From Candidatus Binatia bacterium (GTDB lineage: Bacteria > Desulfobacterota > Binatia > Bin18): 64,000 bases of DNA. Location: assembly GCA_963664395.2 (NCBI GenBank), contig OY761159.2, positions 2,144,001 to 2,208,000 of the forward strand, given 5' to 3'. Shown here one piece after another: positions 7,997-18,300 of the stretch. The position numbers and the translations under genes are program-made. How positions within the stretch are numbered: the first letter of the stretch is position 1; every line of letters starts with the position of its first letter. The notes under the pieces are model-generated. The model was not told where the DNA came from. It made no database searches and worked only from the letters and a program-made list of their open reading frames with translations.

Positions 7997-9295
7997 CTAA
8001 GGGAAGGGAATGTAGGAGATGTTCGGCTGTGGGAGCGGCGCGCCTATCGCCGCCGCAAAATCCGCGTCGGAGATGTGAACGAGGAACGGCGCGGCTTGGC
8101 CGGGATCAATCGGAAATCTCGGTTTAGGGTTCGGAATCGCAAACGCTGGCGTACCAAGCTGTCCCCCCTTATCAACCACGGCTGCAAAGCCACAGACATA
8201 GGTTGCATTGACATGGTCCGCACCATAGTGACCGAACAGCGCATATGAAAGGATGCCTGCACGGCGACGAAGGTGCGGCAGCATCAGATCTGCCGCCGTG
8301 ATGTCCTGGAACTGTACGGCTATAAAGCTTGGGCGATGGCCGGAGAATTGGGACGCGGCTTTACGCATCGCATCCAGCCAAGGCTTCGACGTGTCGTCCT
8401 CGCGTTCGCAGCGCATGACGACGAAGCACCCTCCAGTTTCCGTTAAACCGCCTGCAATATGGGAGTTTGGGCCGAAGGCATCTTCGCAGAAACGGCAGAA
8501 TGCGCGTTCGTCGTTGCACGGTGCCGCGCCGAGGCACTCGTTATAGTCCCGTCGCTCAATACGGAATCCAGCCCTGCGCATGCTGGACGGAGCATTGGCT
8601 TCAAGCATACCTGCGGTTGCACGGCGAAGCTCTGCCTGTTTAGAGATGTTGGACGGAAGCCTCTTCTTAAGAGTAATCACCAGTATCTCCTGCCGCTCCA
8701 AGTCGGCGTGCGCTTCGAGCTGCGGGGAAAGTGCTTGGATGAAGCGATAAAAGTCTTTACGGTGTATGTGGCGCCCTGCATCAGCGGACAGACTCTTACA
8801 CTCAACCTCGCCGACGAAGCCGTTGCGACTGAACTCGATGTCGTAGTTCGCAGAGCATTCCAGATCAGGGAAACGAACTTCGTACCCCTCCGCCATGAGC
8901 CTGAGCGCCAGACCCACTTCAAGATAAAGTGCGGCAAAGCCAGATTCGGCCTTCAACCCGTCGCGTAGCCGACCTTCTAGTTGTCTCTGGGCGTCTTCAG
9001 GGAGTCGCGCATTGATCTCGACCATCGCACCAGCAAATTGCAGCGCCACCAAGGCAAGTTGGTCCACGCGCTCAGGAAGAAGCCGCCTTTCTTTGGCAAG
9101 AACGTCTGCCTGATGGCTGAGCGCCATCTCTAACCAATGATAATCTGAGACTATTTTCCAAAGATAAGGCGAGCTTTTCTGCTCTGCGTCTAGCTGTTCG
9201 ACGCGCCTATACCAGCGGTCCGGGTCTACTAGACGGAAGAAGAGCGGTATGTACGGCGCAAGCCGCTCCAGGTCAGAAAAAACATTGAATCGCAT
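7997..9295 (-). CDS. Hypothetical 432-aa protein with PD-(D/E)XK-like nuclease motif
   Basis: Long ORF with an upstream GGAGG. Contains LYLEVGLA...NYDIEF...EVECKS and later KAASQF. Confidence 0.6.
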   Translation of the reverse strand: MRFNVFSDLERLAPYIPLFFRLVDPDRWYRRVEQLDAEQKSSPYLWKIVSDYHWLEMALSHQADVLAKERRLLPERVDQLALVALQFAGAMVEINARLPEDAQRQLEGRLRDGLKAESGFAALYLEVGLALRLMAEGYEVRFPDLECSANYDIEFSRNGFVGEVECKSLSADAGRHIHRKDFYRFIQALSPQLEAHADLERQEILVITLKKRLPSNISKQAELRRATAGMLEANAPSSMRRAGFRIERRDYNECLGAAPCNDERAFCRFCEDAFGPNSHIAGGLTETGGCFVVMRCEREDDTSKPWLDAMRKAASQFSGHRPSFIAVQFQDITAADLMLPHLRRRAGILSYALFGHYGADHVNATYVCGFAAVVDKGGQLGTPAFAIPNPKPRFPIDPGQAAPFLVHISDADFAAAIGAPLPQPNISYIPFP

Positions 9296-9339
9296 CTGAA
9301 CCTTTCTACTCCCTCCATCTATACACTGCTAGCAGTCCC

Positions 9340-9370
9340 GTAGGTCGGATTAGCGCAGCGTAATCCGACA
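9340..9370 (+). repeat. GTAG-family REP-like palindrome
   Basis: GTAGGTCGGATTAGCGCAGCGTAATCCGACA. Confidence 0.85.
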
Positions 9371-9395
9371 TTCCCGGCTAATCGCAGTATTCTCC

Positions 9396-9632
9396 TCACG
9401 CCTCTTCATCTTCCATTTCGGTTTCCAGTAATTCCTCTTGTTCTTCGAGACGCACCTGGAGGGTGCTCAGCGCTTCAAACACGGCACTGACCGCTTCCTG
9501 AAAGTCATCCTCGGCACTGACCACTCCGGCTGCCACACGTTCTTCACAATCCCGACTCACTTCTGCAATGGACAGTTTGGCCGACTTCACCAGACCGATC
9601 CATTGACCGATAATCGCAAGGGCGTCTTCCAT
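9396..9632 (-). CDS. Small acidic helical hypothetical protein
   Basis: 78-aa ORF with an AGGAGG RBS and protein-like composition. Confidence 0.6.
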   Translation of the reverse strand: MEDALAIIGQWIGLVKSAKLSIAEVSRDCEERVAAGVVSAEDDFQEAVSAVFEALSTLQVRLEEQEELLETEMEDEEA

Positions 9633-9762
9633 CCGATCTGCCTCCTTTCTGCCTTCTAATGAGTAAACATGCCGACTTCTGTATATCTGTTGAGGACATG
9701 TTTACTCATTCCCATCCCCTGGTAGACTGGAGGCTCTCACATCTACAGGAAAGGGGAACAGT

Positions 9763-10965
9763 ATGCGACAGGTTGCAGTCGTTGGAGCGGGGATGACGCG
9801 CTTTGGCAAACATATGGATCGCAGCATGAAGGATTTGGCCCGGGAGGCGGTTGAGGGGGCCGTGCAATCGGCAGGGGTCAGCACGCACGATATCGAGGCC
9901 GCGGCCGTTGGGAATGCGGTGGCCGGCCTGATTACCGGACAGGAGTGTATCCGGGGTCAGGTCGTGCTGCGCGAGCTCGGCATTGGCGGCATCCCGGTCA
10001 TTAATACCGAAAACGCGTGTGCCAGCTCTTCCACCGCTTTTCATCTGGCCTGGCTCTACGTCGCGTCCGGGATGTATGACGTTGTGCTCGCGCTCGGGAT
10101 GGAAAAGCTCTTTCATCCGGATAAGCAACGGACGTTTGAGGCGATAGGCAGCGCCATCGATCTTGAGCAGGCCGAGTCGTTTGCCAGAGAGATGAGCGGC
10201 GAGCAAAGCGCGGGGGCCGGTCAGTCCCGCAGCGTTTTTATGGATTATTATGCCAACCTCGCCCGCCAGCATATGCAGCGCTACGGCACGACACAGAAAC
10301 AGTTTGCTCGCATCGCCGCCAAGAATCATACCAACGGGAGTTTGAACCCGCATGCCCAGTATCAAACCCGGCGCTCGGTCGAAGATGTTCTTGCCGCGCC
10401 ACTCATTGCGGACCCACTCACCCGCATGATGTGTTCGCCCATTGGCGACGGCGCGGCCGCGGTCCTGGTGACCACAGCCGACAAAGCCCGCCAACTCACC
10501 TCCCGGCCCGTCTATGTCAAGGCTTCAACCCTGGGTTCAAGCAAGGAACACGCAGCCGATTCTCCCGGCATCGTCCCGTCAGTCGCCCACAAGGCATACG
10601 AGCAAGCCGGGCTTGGGCCGGAGGATCTCCAGGTTGTCGAGGCTCACGACGCGACCGCGCCGGCCGAACTCCTGGTGTATGAGGAGCTGGGCCTGTGCCA
10701 AGCCGGCGAGGGCGGAAAATTTATTGACGAGGGCGTGACACAGCTTGGTGGCCGCTGCCCGGTCAATCCCAGCGGCGGTCTCTTGGCCAAGGGGCATCCG
10801 GTCGGCGCGACCGGTGTTGCCCAGATCTGTGAAATATTCTGGCAGCTCCGGGGCGAGGCGGGTGAGCGTCAGGTCGCGGGTGCCAAGGTCGGCCTGACCG
10901 AAAACGGCGGTGGCGTGCTTGGGGGCGAAAACGCGGCAGCGTCCATCCACGTGTTTAGCGTCTGA
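9763..10965 (+). CDS. Thiolase family protein (SCP2/lipid-transfer type)
   Basis: NTENACASSS, CSPIGDGAAA, EAHDA and NPSGGLLAKGHPVGATG. Confidence 0.92.
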   Translation: MRQVAVVGAGMTRFGKHMDRSMKDLAREAVEGAVQSAGVSTHDIEAAAVGNAVAGLITGQECIRGQVVLRELGIGGIPVINTENACASSSTAFHLAWLYVASGMYDVVLALGMEKLFHPDKQRTFEAIGSAIDLEQAESFAREMSGEQSAGAGQSRSVFMDYYANLARQHMQRYGTTQKQFARIAAKNHTNGSLNPHAQYQTRRSVEDVLAAPLIADPLTRMMCSPIGDGAAAVLVTTADKARQLTSRPVYVKASTLGSSKEHAADSPGIVPSVAHKAYEQAGLGPEDLQVVEAHDATAPAELLVYEELGLCQAGEGGKFIDEGVTQLGGRCPVNPSGGLLAKGHPVGATGVAQICEIFWQLRGEAGERQVAGAKVGLTENGGGVLGGENAAASIHVFSV

Positions 10966-10979
10966 TCTCCAGAACCAGA

Positions 10980-11090
10980 AAAAGAAAAGGCCCGCAGGAT
11001 AAAGGAGGGGAAACCTGCGGGCCTTAAATCATCGTCAGGACGGGGAGGACCTGACGATGATGTCTTGAACGATGTTCAAGAGAACGGGGA
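10980..11090 (-). ncRNA. Predicted small RNA with C-rich (CCUCCCC) loops and intrinsic terminator
   Basis: Three perfect hairpins (11063-11081, 11028-11061, 10987-11025), a U-tract on the minus strand, and an upstream sigma70-like promoter. Confidence 0.55.
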
Positions 11091-11092
11091 GG

Positions 11093-11121
11093 AATATAGC
11101 CCAGGTGTCCGGCTTTCACAA
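11093..11121 (-). promoter_or_regulatory. Candidate sigma70 promoter for the predicted sRNA
   Basis: TTGTGA-N17-TATATT on the minus strand. Confidence 0.45.
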
Positions 11122-11186
11122 GATAAGTTACACTGAATTAAATTTGTTTTATTTATTAGCAATACTTAAAAATAATCGGCTCGGTC

Positions 11187-12473
11187 TCAGAACAGGATTT
11201 GGGTCTGGACCCGCAGGCGATCGGCACTCGTGCTCCCCTCCACAAACGGTTCCCCATCCAGAAAACTGTAATCCACCTGGAGTTTGACGTGGTGGCCGTA
11301 CAGATAGTAGTTGACCCCTCCTGTATATTCCCGTACATCCCCGGCCGTTCGGGGGTTATTGGCGAACTGAAAGTCCACCCCGGAGACGCGGCCAGCGATT
11401 TCCAGTTTTTCCGTGAGATAGTAACCAATCTGGCCGTAGTAGCCCCAGTCATGGCCCACCTCGTTCAGGGCTTCGAGATTATTGCGACGGTAATAGCCTG
11501 CGGCCTGGACACTGAAACCCTGATAGCGGAAGCCGCCGTCAACGGTGACGTTGGTCGTGCGGTCGCCGGGCATCACGTTCTGAAAGCGGGAGGCCTGCTC
11601 GACCGGGTTAAAGGCCGCCGCAACTCCAATTGAAAGCTGTGGTGTGGCAGCCGGGGTCGGGGAGCTTTCCAGATAACCGTAGGGCTCAAGGAGGTCGTAT
11701 TCCAAACGCCCTTGCCAGGCGACTTCTGCGCCGGCGTTCTGCTGGCCGCCCGCATCCAGTGCCCGAATACTGTTGGTGACCAGCCCGTGGTAGGACAGCC
11801 GACCCACTTTCCCGCTCAGATGCAAGCCGATCGCCCGGTGCAAATTAAAGGCATAATCCGCTGCGGACAGGTCTGGGAACAGCAGATGGCCAGGGTGGGC
11901 GTAGAACTGACGGCTATAGGGCAGGAGAAAGCGACCGGCCTGCGCCCTCAGGTATGGGGAATGGCGGTACTGCATCCACCAGTCGAGCAGGGTCGATCGG
12001 TTGCTGTTGCCAAAGGTGGTCGCTTCGTACTGGAAGAAATACTTCACCTTGGGATCAAACACATTCCCGGAAAACGCCAAGTGTGCCAGGGCCACGTCGA
12101 AATTATTGCGGCTTCTGCCCGTATCCGGGGCGGTCAGCGTATAGCGAGCCTGCAGGAACCCGTTCAGGCTGAGCGAGTAGCGCCCATCTTGACTGCGAAT
12201 GAAAAAGCCATTGTCATACACATCTTCCGCCGCCAAGCCTTGCTTGCGCGTTCCAGCCGTATAACCAAAATCAACTCCGTGCCCGGTCCGTTCCTTCTCC
12301 TTTGCTTCCAGCTCCCGCATACGGCGTTCCAGGGCCTGCATGACCTTGTGCTGCTCGGCGAGTTGCTGGCGTAACTCGCCGAGCTCGTCGGCCAGCCCTG
12401 GGGTCGTCAGGGTGCTGAGAACAAGGCCGGTAATCAGACGGGCCCGGGCGACAAAACCTCCTCTGACTCTCAT
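11187..12473 (-). CDS. OprO/OprP-like outer-membrane porin
   Basis: Signal peptide and short coiled coil, YDNGFFIRSQDG..LNGFLQARY, GVNYYLYGHHVKLQVDY and a terminal F. ATG 12473 has a strong RBS. Confidence 0.8.
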   Translation of the reverse strand: MRVRGGFVARARLITGLVLSTLTTPGLADELGELRQQLAEQHKVMQALERRMRELEAKEKERTGHGVDFGYTAGTRKQGLAAEDVYDNGFFIRSQDGRYSLSLNGFLQARYTLTAPDTGRSRNNFDVALAHLAFSGNVFDPKVKYFFQYEATTFGNSNRSTLLDWWMQYRHSPYLRAQAGRFLLPYSRQFYAHPGHLLFPDLSAADYAFNLHRAIGLHLSGKVGRLSYHGLVTNSIRALDAGGQQNAGAEVAWQGRLEYDLLEPYGYLESSPTPAATPQLSIGVAAAFNPVEQASRFQNVMPGDRTTNVTVDGGFRYQGFSVQAAGYYRRNNLEALNEVGHDWGYYGQIGYYLTEKLEIAGRVSGVDFQFANNPRTAGDVREYTGGVNYYLYGHHVKLQVDYSFLDGEPFVEGSTSADRLRVQTQILF

Positions 12474-12694
12474 ATCCGTACTCCCTCCTTCCTCTCGACG
12501 CTGAGGCGACCGTGAGAGCTTGATGCAAAACGGTGCCGGGGGATAAAAATGCGGGCGGGCCGCTCCTATGGGCTCCCAGCCGCGTTGGGGATGACAGGCG
12601 CCGTCCAGCCGCGGAGAGCGCATAATGACGTAATCTATGACACAGTATGGGAGTGATAGCTACAAGACCTTCAGCGCCGGAGTCGGCCCGCCCG

Positions 12695-12800
12695 AAAAGA
12701 CCCGCAGGGGTAAGGGAGGGGAAACCTGCGAGCCTTTTTGTCTCTTTTCAGAAGAGAAAATAGCCCTGGGCGAGGGGCAGGACCTGAGCCGGTTCGCAGG
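12695..12800 (-). ncRNA. Second predicted C-rich-loop sRNA, related to 10980-11090
   Basis: Terminator AAAAGGCUCGCAGG-UUUCCCCUCCCUUACC-CCUGCGGGUCUUUU is homologous to the first element. It pairs fully, using G:U, only on the minus strand. Confidence 0.5.
12731..12800 (+). repeat. 70-bp direct repeat, left of czcCBA
   Basis: 68/70 identical to 18493-18562. Confidence 0.92.
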
Positions 12801-12993
12801 CGTATTTCTGTATCTTGGCGCTAGTAGTCTGCTGCCGGCCGCCCATGATGCGAGCCATTCCCGTCTGCCGCCTTTGGCGACCCTGGCCGGAGTGGCGTTT
12901 ATTTATGGCGCCCAGTCTTTGGCGCCGCACTAACATCGTGCTGCCGAAAGCGGTTGCGTTCGTGCGCCTCTCAGTTATTCTGCCCAGACGCTC

Positions 12994-14409
12994 ATGACGG
13001 ATATGCGACACATTCCGACACGTCTCTCTCGCCGCTTGATCCGCTTTGGCGTTATCGGGCTCAGCCTTTGCCTACTGCTTGGGCTTCCGAGCTGCGCCGT
13101 CGCCCCTCTTGCTGACAGCACCCTTGAACCACGCCGCTTAGGCCGAGAATTACCACCGGCTCACGCCTCCCCTGAATCAGAATCGGCGCCTCCTGCCTTC
13201 ACCGAACCTACCGGCGGCCTGACGCTCCGCGCCACGCTTGCGGCGGCCTTACTCAACAGCCCGGCGCTGGCCGCCTTTTCCTGGGAGGCGCGCGCCCGAG
13301 AAGCCAGAGCCATACAGGCCGGCCGGCCCCCGAATCCAGTACTCGAGCTTAAAGTGGAAGAGTTTGGCGGCGGTGGCGACCGCACGGCGTTTGATGGTGC
13401 AGACACCACCGTCCGGCTCGGCCAATTGTTTGAACTCGGCGGCAAGCGGGCAAAACGTCAGCGGGTGGCAACGCTCGAACGGGACTTGGCGGCCTGGGAT
13501 TACGAAACCCACCGGCTCAATGTTCTCACCACCGTTGCCAAAGCGTTTGTCGCGGTGCTTGCGACGCAGAGGCGAGTCAGCCTGGCGGAAGAACAGCTGG
13601 GAATGGCAGAAGAAGCCCTCCAAACCGTAGCCGTTCAGATCAAGGCCGGGGCAGTATCGATAGCGGAAGAGGCCCGCGCACGGGTCGCGTTAGCGCGTAG
13701 CCAGGTTGACCTTGCACGACGCAAACGGGAACAGACTGCTGCCCAGCTTCGGCTGGCCGCAACCTGGGGCAGTACGACCGTTACGTTCTCGGCGGTTACC
13801 GGCGACTTGGAGAGCATTATCCCGCCTCCATCTGCTGACGATCTCCTCCCGCATCTCAGCCACAACCCGGACGTTGCCCGTTGGGGCGTAGAAAAAGAAC
13901 AGCACCACGCCGTTCTCGAGCTAGAGCAGGCGCGCCAGATTCCCGACGTCGAGGTGGATGCAGGCGTGCGGTACATTAACGCAGACAAGACTGCCGCTCT
14001 GGTCTTTGAGGCCAACGTGCCGCTCATGCTGTTTGATCAGAATCGAGGCGGTATACAAGAAGCTTCTGCCCGTCTGGCGAAGGTCAACGCGGAACAACGC
14101 GCGGCTGAGGTCCAAATTCGGGTCGCTTTGGCTGCCGCCCATCAATCGCTCTTCTCCGCCTTCGAGCAAGTCACCGCCCTGCGAGATACTATCATTCCTC
14201 AAGCCCGCTCCGCCTTTGAGGAAGTGAACCGAGCATATCGGCGCGGGGGGCTTCGTTATAGGGACGTCTTAGATGTCTGGCAGACGCTTTTTGAACTGCG
14301 CGGACAATATGTCGAGGCTCTCGCCAGCTACCACACCGCGGCGGCGGACGTGGAACGCCTGATTGCCGAGCCGCTTGATGCACTCGACCACATAGACGAG
14401 ACTGACTGA
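12994..14409 (+). CDS. czcC: Heavy-metal RND efflux outer-membrane factor (CzcC/TolC family)
   Basis: Lipoprotein signal, QAGRPPNP, GQLFELGGKRAKR and FDQNRG. Confidence 0.85.
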   Translation: MTDMRHIPTRLSRRLIRFGVIGLSLCLLLGLPSCAVAPLADSTLEPRRLGRELPPAHASPESESAPPAFTEPTGGLTLRATLAAALLNSPALAAFSWEARAREARAIQAGRPPNPVLELKVEEFGGGGDRTAFDGADTTVRLGQLFELGGKRAKRQRVATLERDLAAWDYETHRLNVLTTVAKAFVAVLATQRRVSLAEEQLGMAEEALQTVAVQIKAGAVSIAEEARARVALARSQVDLARRKREQTAAQLRLAATWGSTTVTFSAVTGDLESIIPPPSADDLLPHLSHNPDVARWGVEKEQHHAVLELEQARQIPDVEVDAGVRYINADKTAALVFEANVPLMLFDQNRGGIQEASARLAKVNAEQRAAEVQIRVALAAAHQSLFSAFEQVTALRDTIIPQARSAFEEVNRAYRRGGLRYRDVLDVWQTLFELRGQYVEALASYHTAAADVERLIAEPLDALDHIDETD

Positions 14410-14410
14410 T

Positions 14411-15364
14411 ATGAAGGCCGACGCCCCGTATAGTTCAGTGCTGCTCGTGCTTGGCGCTCTGCTGCTTACGCTCTTGTTTGCCCGTCAGGAAGCACAGGGC
14501 CTCGCACCTGACGATCACGCTGCGGAGCAGGAACACGATGAAGGTCTTGTGCAGCTCTCCCCTGAAGAACTCACAGAATTCGGTATCGAAATCGATCGCG
14601 CCCAGCCAGGAACGATTACACGTACGGTTGAGACGCCAGGCGAAGTGCGGCTGAACGGAGAACAGCTGGCGCATATCGTCCCGCGCTTTTCCGGCATCGC
14701 AACCGCCGTCTATAAAAAGACCGGCGATACGGTTCGCGCCGGTGAAGTCCTCGCGATTGTCGAAAGTAGCCACAGCTTGGCCTCGTATGACCTCAAAACA
14801 CTCATAGCGGGAACCGTCATTGAGAGACATATTACACCCGGCGAGGCAGTCACCCGAGAGACGCAGGCGTTTGTGATTGCCAGCCTGACAAGCGTGTGGG
14901 TCAATCTGAGCGTGTACCAGAAAGACCTCCCGGCCGTTCATGTCGGCCAGCCAGTACGGCTGTCAATGGGTCATGCATTGCCCGAAACGGACGGAAAAAT
15001 CTCGTACGTCTCACCGATAGTCGATAAGGAAACGCGTACGGCGACCGCACGGGTAGTCCTGTCTAACCCCCAGAAACGCTGGCGGCCTGGCATGTTTGTT
15101 ACCGGCCGGATCGTCGTGGAACGCACGAAAGTGCCGCTGGCCGTGCCCCGCACGGCACTCCAGACAATAGCCGACCAGACCGTGGTGTTTGTCGAAACGG
15201 ACGAGGGTTTTCAACCGCGAGCCGTGACGACCGGACGCGCCGATGACGATCTGGTGGAAATCCGGATGGGTCTGGCGCCAGGCGAGCGCTACGTCAGCCG
15301 TGGAGGCTTCACACTGAAAGCGGAACTGTCCCGTGAGCAGTTCGGCGACGGCCACGGTCACTAA
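14411..15364 (+). CDS. czcB: Heavy-metal RND efflux periplasmic adaptor (CzcB family)
   Basis: His/acidic N-terminal patch, VDKETRTATARV, WRPGMFV and a GHGH tail. Confidence 0.85.
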   Translation: MKADAPYSSVLLVLGALLLTLLFARQEAQGLAPDDHAAEQEHDEGLVQLSPEELTEFGIEIDRAQPGTITRTVETPGEVRLNGEQLAHIVPRFSGIATAVYKKTGDTVRAGEVLAIVESSHSLASYDLKTLIAGTVIERHITPGEAVTRETQAFVIASLTSVWVNLSVYQKDLPAVHVGQPVRLSMGHALPETDGKISYVSPIVDKETRTATARVVLSNPQKRWRPGMFVTGRIVVERTKVPLAVPRTALQTIADQTVVFVETDEGFQPRAVTTGRADDDLVEIRMGLAPGERYVSRGGFTLKAELSREQFGDGHGH

Positions 15365-15378
15365 GAGGACGGGCTAGT

Positions 15379-18300
15379 TTGGACCGCATCATTCAGTTCA
15401 GCCTCTCCAACCGCTCACTTATGGCCGTCCTCGGCGTCTTGCTGGCGGTGGCCGGATACCGCAGCTATGTGCATCTCCCCGTTGATGCCTTTCCCGATGT
15501 CTCCCCCAATCTCGTGCAGGTGTTTACCGAGACAGAGGGGCTGGCTCCGGAAGATGTCGAGCAATACGTCACGTATCCAATTGAAGCTGTGATGAACGGA
15601 TTGCCTCTCCTGGAACGTATCCGGTCCGTCTCGAACTTTGGGCTCTCTGTCGTCAGTGTGTACTTTCAGGATGGAACAGACATCTACTTTGCCCGCCAAC
15701 TGGTAAACGAACGGCTACAAGAAGCCCGCGAGCAGATTCCTGAAGGCTTCGGAACCCCCCGGCTTGGACCTATCTCGACCGGGATGGGGCTCGTACTGTT
15801 TTACTACCTCGAAGACGCAACCGGGCGGTATTCACTTGAAGAGCTACGAACCATTCAGGATTGGCTCGTCAAGTTTCATTTACAAACCGTGCCGGGTGTG
15901 ACCGCAGTGCTCGGGATTGGGGGCTATGAAAAACAATTTCAGGTGGCCGTCCATCCGGAACTCTTGCTCCGTGCCGGAGTTACTATCAGCGATGTGATTG
16001 TCAGTATCCGAGAAAACAACCTCAACGTCGGCGCGCAATTTATCGAGAAGAACGCCGAGGAGTTTGTCGTTCGGTCGGTCGGGCTCGCCTCGAACGTGTC
16101 GGATATCGAGAGCATCGTTATCAAGGCTAATGATGGCACCCCCTTTTTTTTGCGCGAGCTCGCGGACGTCGGGGTCGGCGGCGCGATTCGACGCGGAGTC
16201 CAGACCCGAAACGGCCTTGAAGAAGTGGTCGCCGGGATGGTGGTCAAGCTCTTTGGGGCAAATTCCTCAACGGTTATCGAACACGTTGAGGCCAAGATGG
16301 CAGAAATTAATCGCATCCTCCCGACCGGGGTCACACTTGTTCCGTATTACGAACAAAAGACGCTGGTGACGGCGTGTGTGACAACGGTCAGGAACGCCTT
16401 GGTTGAGGGTGTTGTCTTGGTGGTGCTCGTGCTCATGTTTTTCATGGGCAGCTTTCGATCCAGCGTCGTTGTCGCTCTTTCTATTCCCTTCTCGGTCCTC
16501 TTTGCCACGTTGTGGATGGGCTATTTCGACATTTCCGCAAATTTGGTGTCGCTTGGCGGACTCGCCATCGCTATCGGGTTGCTGGTTGATGGCACGATCA
16601 TCATGGTGGAAAACGTCGACCGTATGCTGCGCGAGGCCGACGCCGACGCACCTCGCAGTCAGGTGGTCGCCCGAGCGTGTTCGGAAGTCGCCCGCCCGAT
16701 CGTCTTTGCGGTTGCCATTATTGTCATTGTCTTCCTGCCACTGTTTCTGCTCCAAGGTGTGGAGGGCAAAACTTTTCGTCCGCTGGCGCATACCGTGGTG
16801 CTGGCCATGTGCGGCTCACTTGTCTTTGCATTATTGCTGGCTCCCGGCTTGGCGGCGACGGTCATGCGGCGGCCACGCCATGCGGACCGTGCGCCATCCG
16901 GAGGACGCGTCTCGCGCAGCCTGATCTATCCCTACCGACCGGTGGTGAGGCTCTTTGTTCGTTGGCCGGTGCTGGCCGTTCTTGTTGTGGTTCTTTTAGT
17001 CGCATTGGGTGGGGCAGTGTTTCCCTTGCTCGGCTCTGAGTTTACCCCACGCCTGCAAGAAGGGACGTTGGTGCTGCGGTTGACGATGGCGCCCTCGATT
17101 TCACTGCGCGAGAGTCAACGAGTGACGATGATCGTCGAGCGGCGGCTCATGAAAATTCCCGAAATTGCCGGAGTGGTGACACGGATCGGCCGGGGCGAAG
17201 TCGGCGCGCACACCGACCCCATTAATAGCGCCGAAATGTATATTCAGCTTCGTCCGCAAGAAGACTGGCGCACGGCGCAGAATCAAGAGCAGCTCGAAGG
17301 CGTCATTCGCAAGGAACTAGGGCGCGTCCCCGGCGTGCTGACAAACTTTACCCAACCAATCGCAATGACCGTCGACGAACTCCTTGAGGGCGTGCGGGCA
17401 GAGCTCGCCATTAAACTTTTTGGCGATGACCTGGATATCCTTATTGCCAAGGGCAACGAGATTGCCAGCGTGACACGGCGTATCCGAGGAGCAACTGACG
17501 TCCAGGTGGATCAGGTGGCGGGCATGCCGCAGCTTGTCGTCCGCGTGAATCGGCAAGCCGTCGCGCGATACGGCATGAATGTGGCGGACGTGCAGCAGAC
17601 GGTCCGAGCGGCAGTGGGTGGCGAAGTCGCAGGGCAGATTTTTGAGGGCAGCCGCCGCTTTGCCATTCTCGTCCGGTTTGCTCCGGAATACCGAAGCACG
17701 AGCGCCGCAATCAGTAACATTCTTGTTCCTGGTCCGGGTCGCGTACGCGTGCCGCTCTCAGAGTTGGCGACGATTGAGGAAGTGGTCGGCCCGCGTCAAA
17801 TCACCCGCGAGAATAATCAGCGCTTTCTCACTATTCAGTGTAATGTCTCGGGGCGCGATATCGGGTCGTTTGTAGCGGAAGCCCAAGCCGCCATTGAGAC
17901 GCAAGTGCACCTGCCGACGGGCTATTTGGTCACCTGGGGCGGGCAGTTTCGTCTACAACAGGAGGCAAATAAGCGGCTGGCCATCGTCATTCCGCTGACC
18001 TTGCTGATCGTTTTCTTGCTCCTGTTTTCCAGTTTTCAATCGCTCCGAAATGCGCTGTTGATTCTCCTCAATATTCCGCTGGCACTGGTGGGGGGCATGG
18101 TCGCGTTATGGGTCACGAGCCAGAATTTCTCCGTTCCCGCGTCGGTGGGATTCATCGCGCTGTTTGGCATCGCGCTTGAGAACGGCATGGTGCTGGTGAC
18201 GTATCTGAACCAACTGGTTCGTGAAGGTATTGCGGTTGACGAGGCGGCCATACGAGGCGCGTGTTTACGGCTGCGCCCGGTACTGATGACTGCCATCACA

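Noticed and set aside
12525-12537. Sigma54-like promoter GGCACCGTTTTGC upstream of the porin
   Set aside because: The GG-to-GC spacing is 9 nt, not the required 10.
12535-12625. Possible ykkC/guanidine or NiCo riboswitch near the porin and czcC
   Set aside because: Only a partial GGGATAAAA match was found, and the other conserved elements were not.
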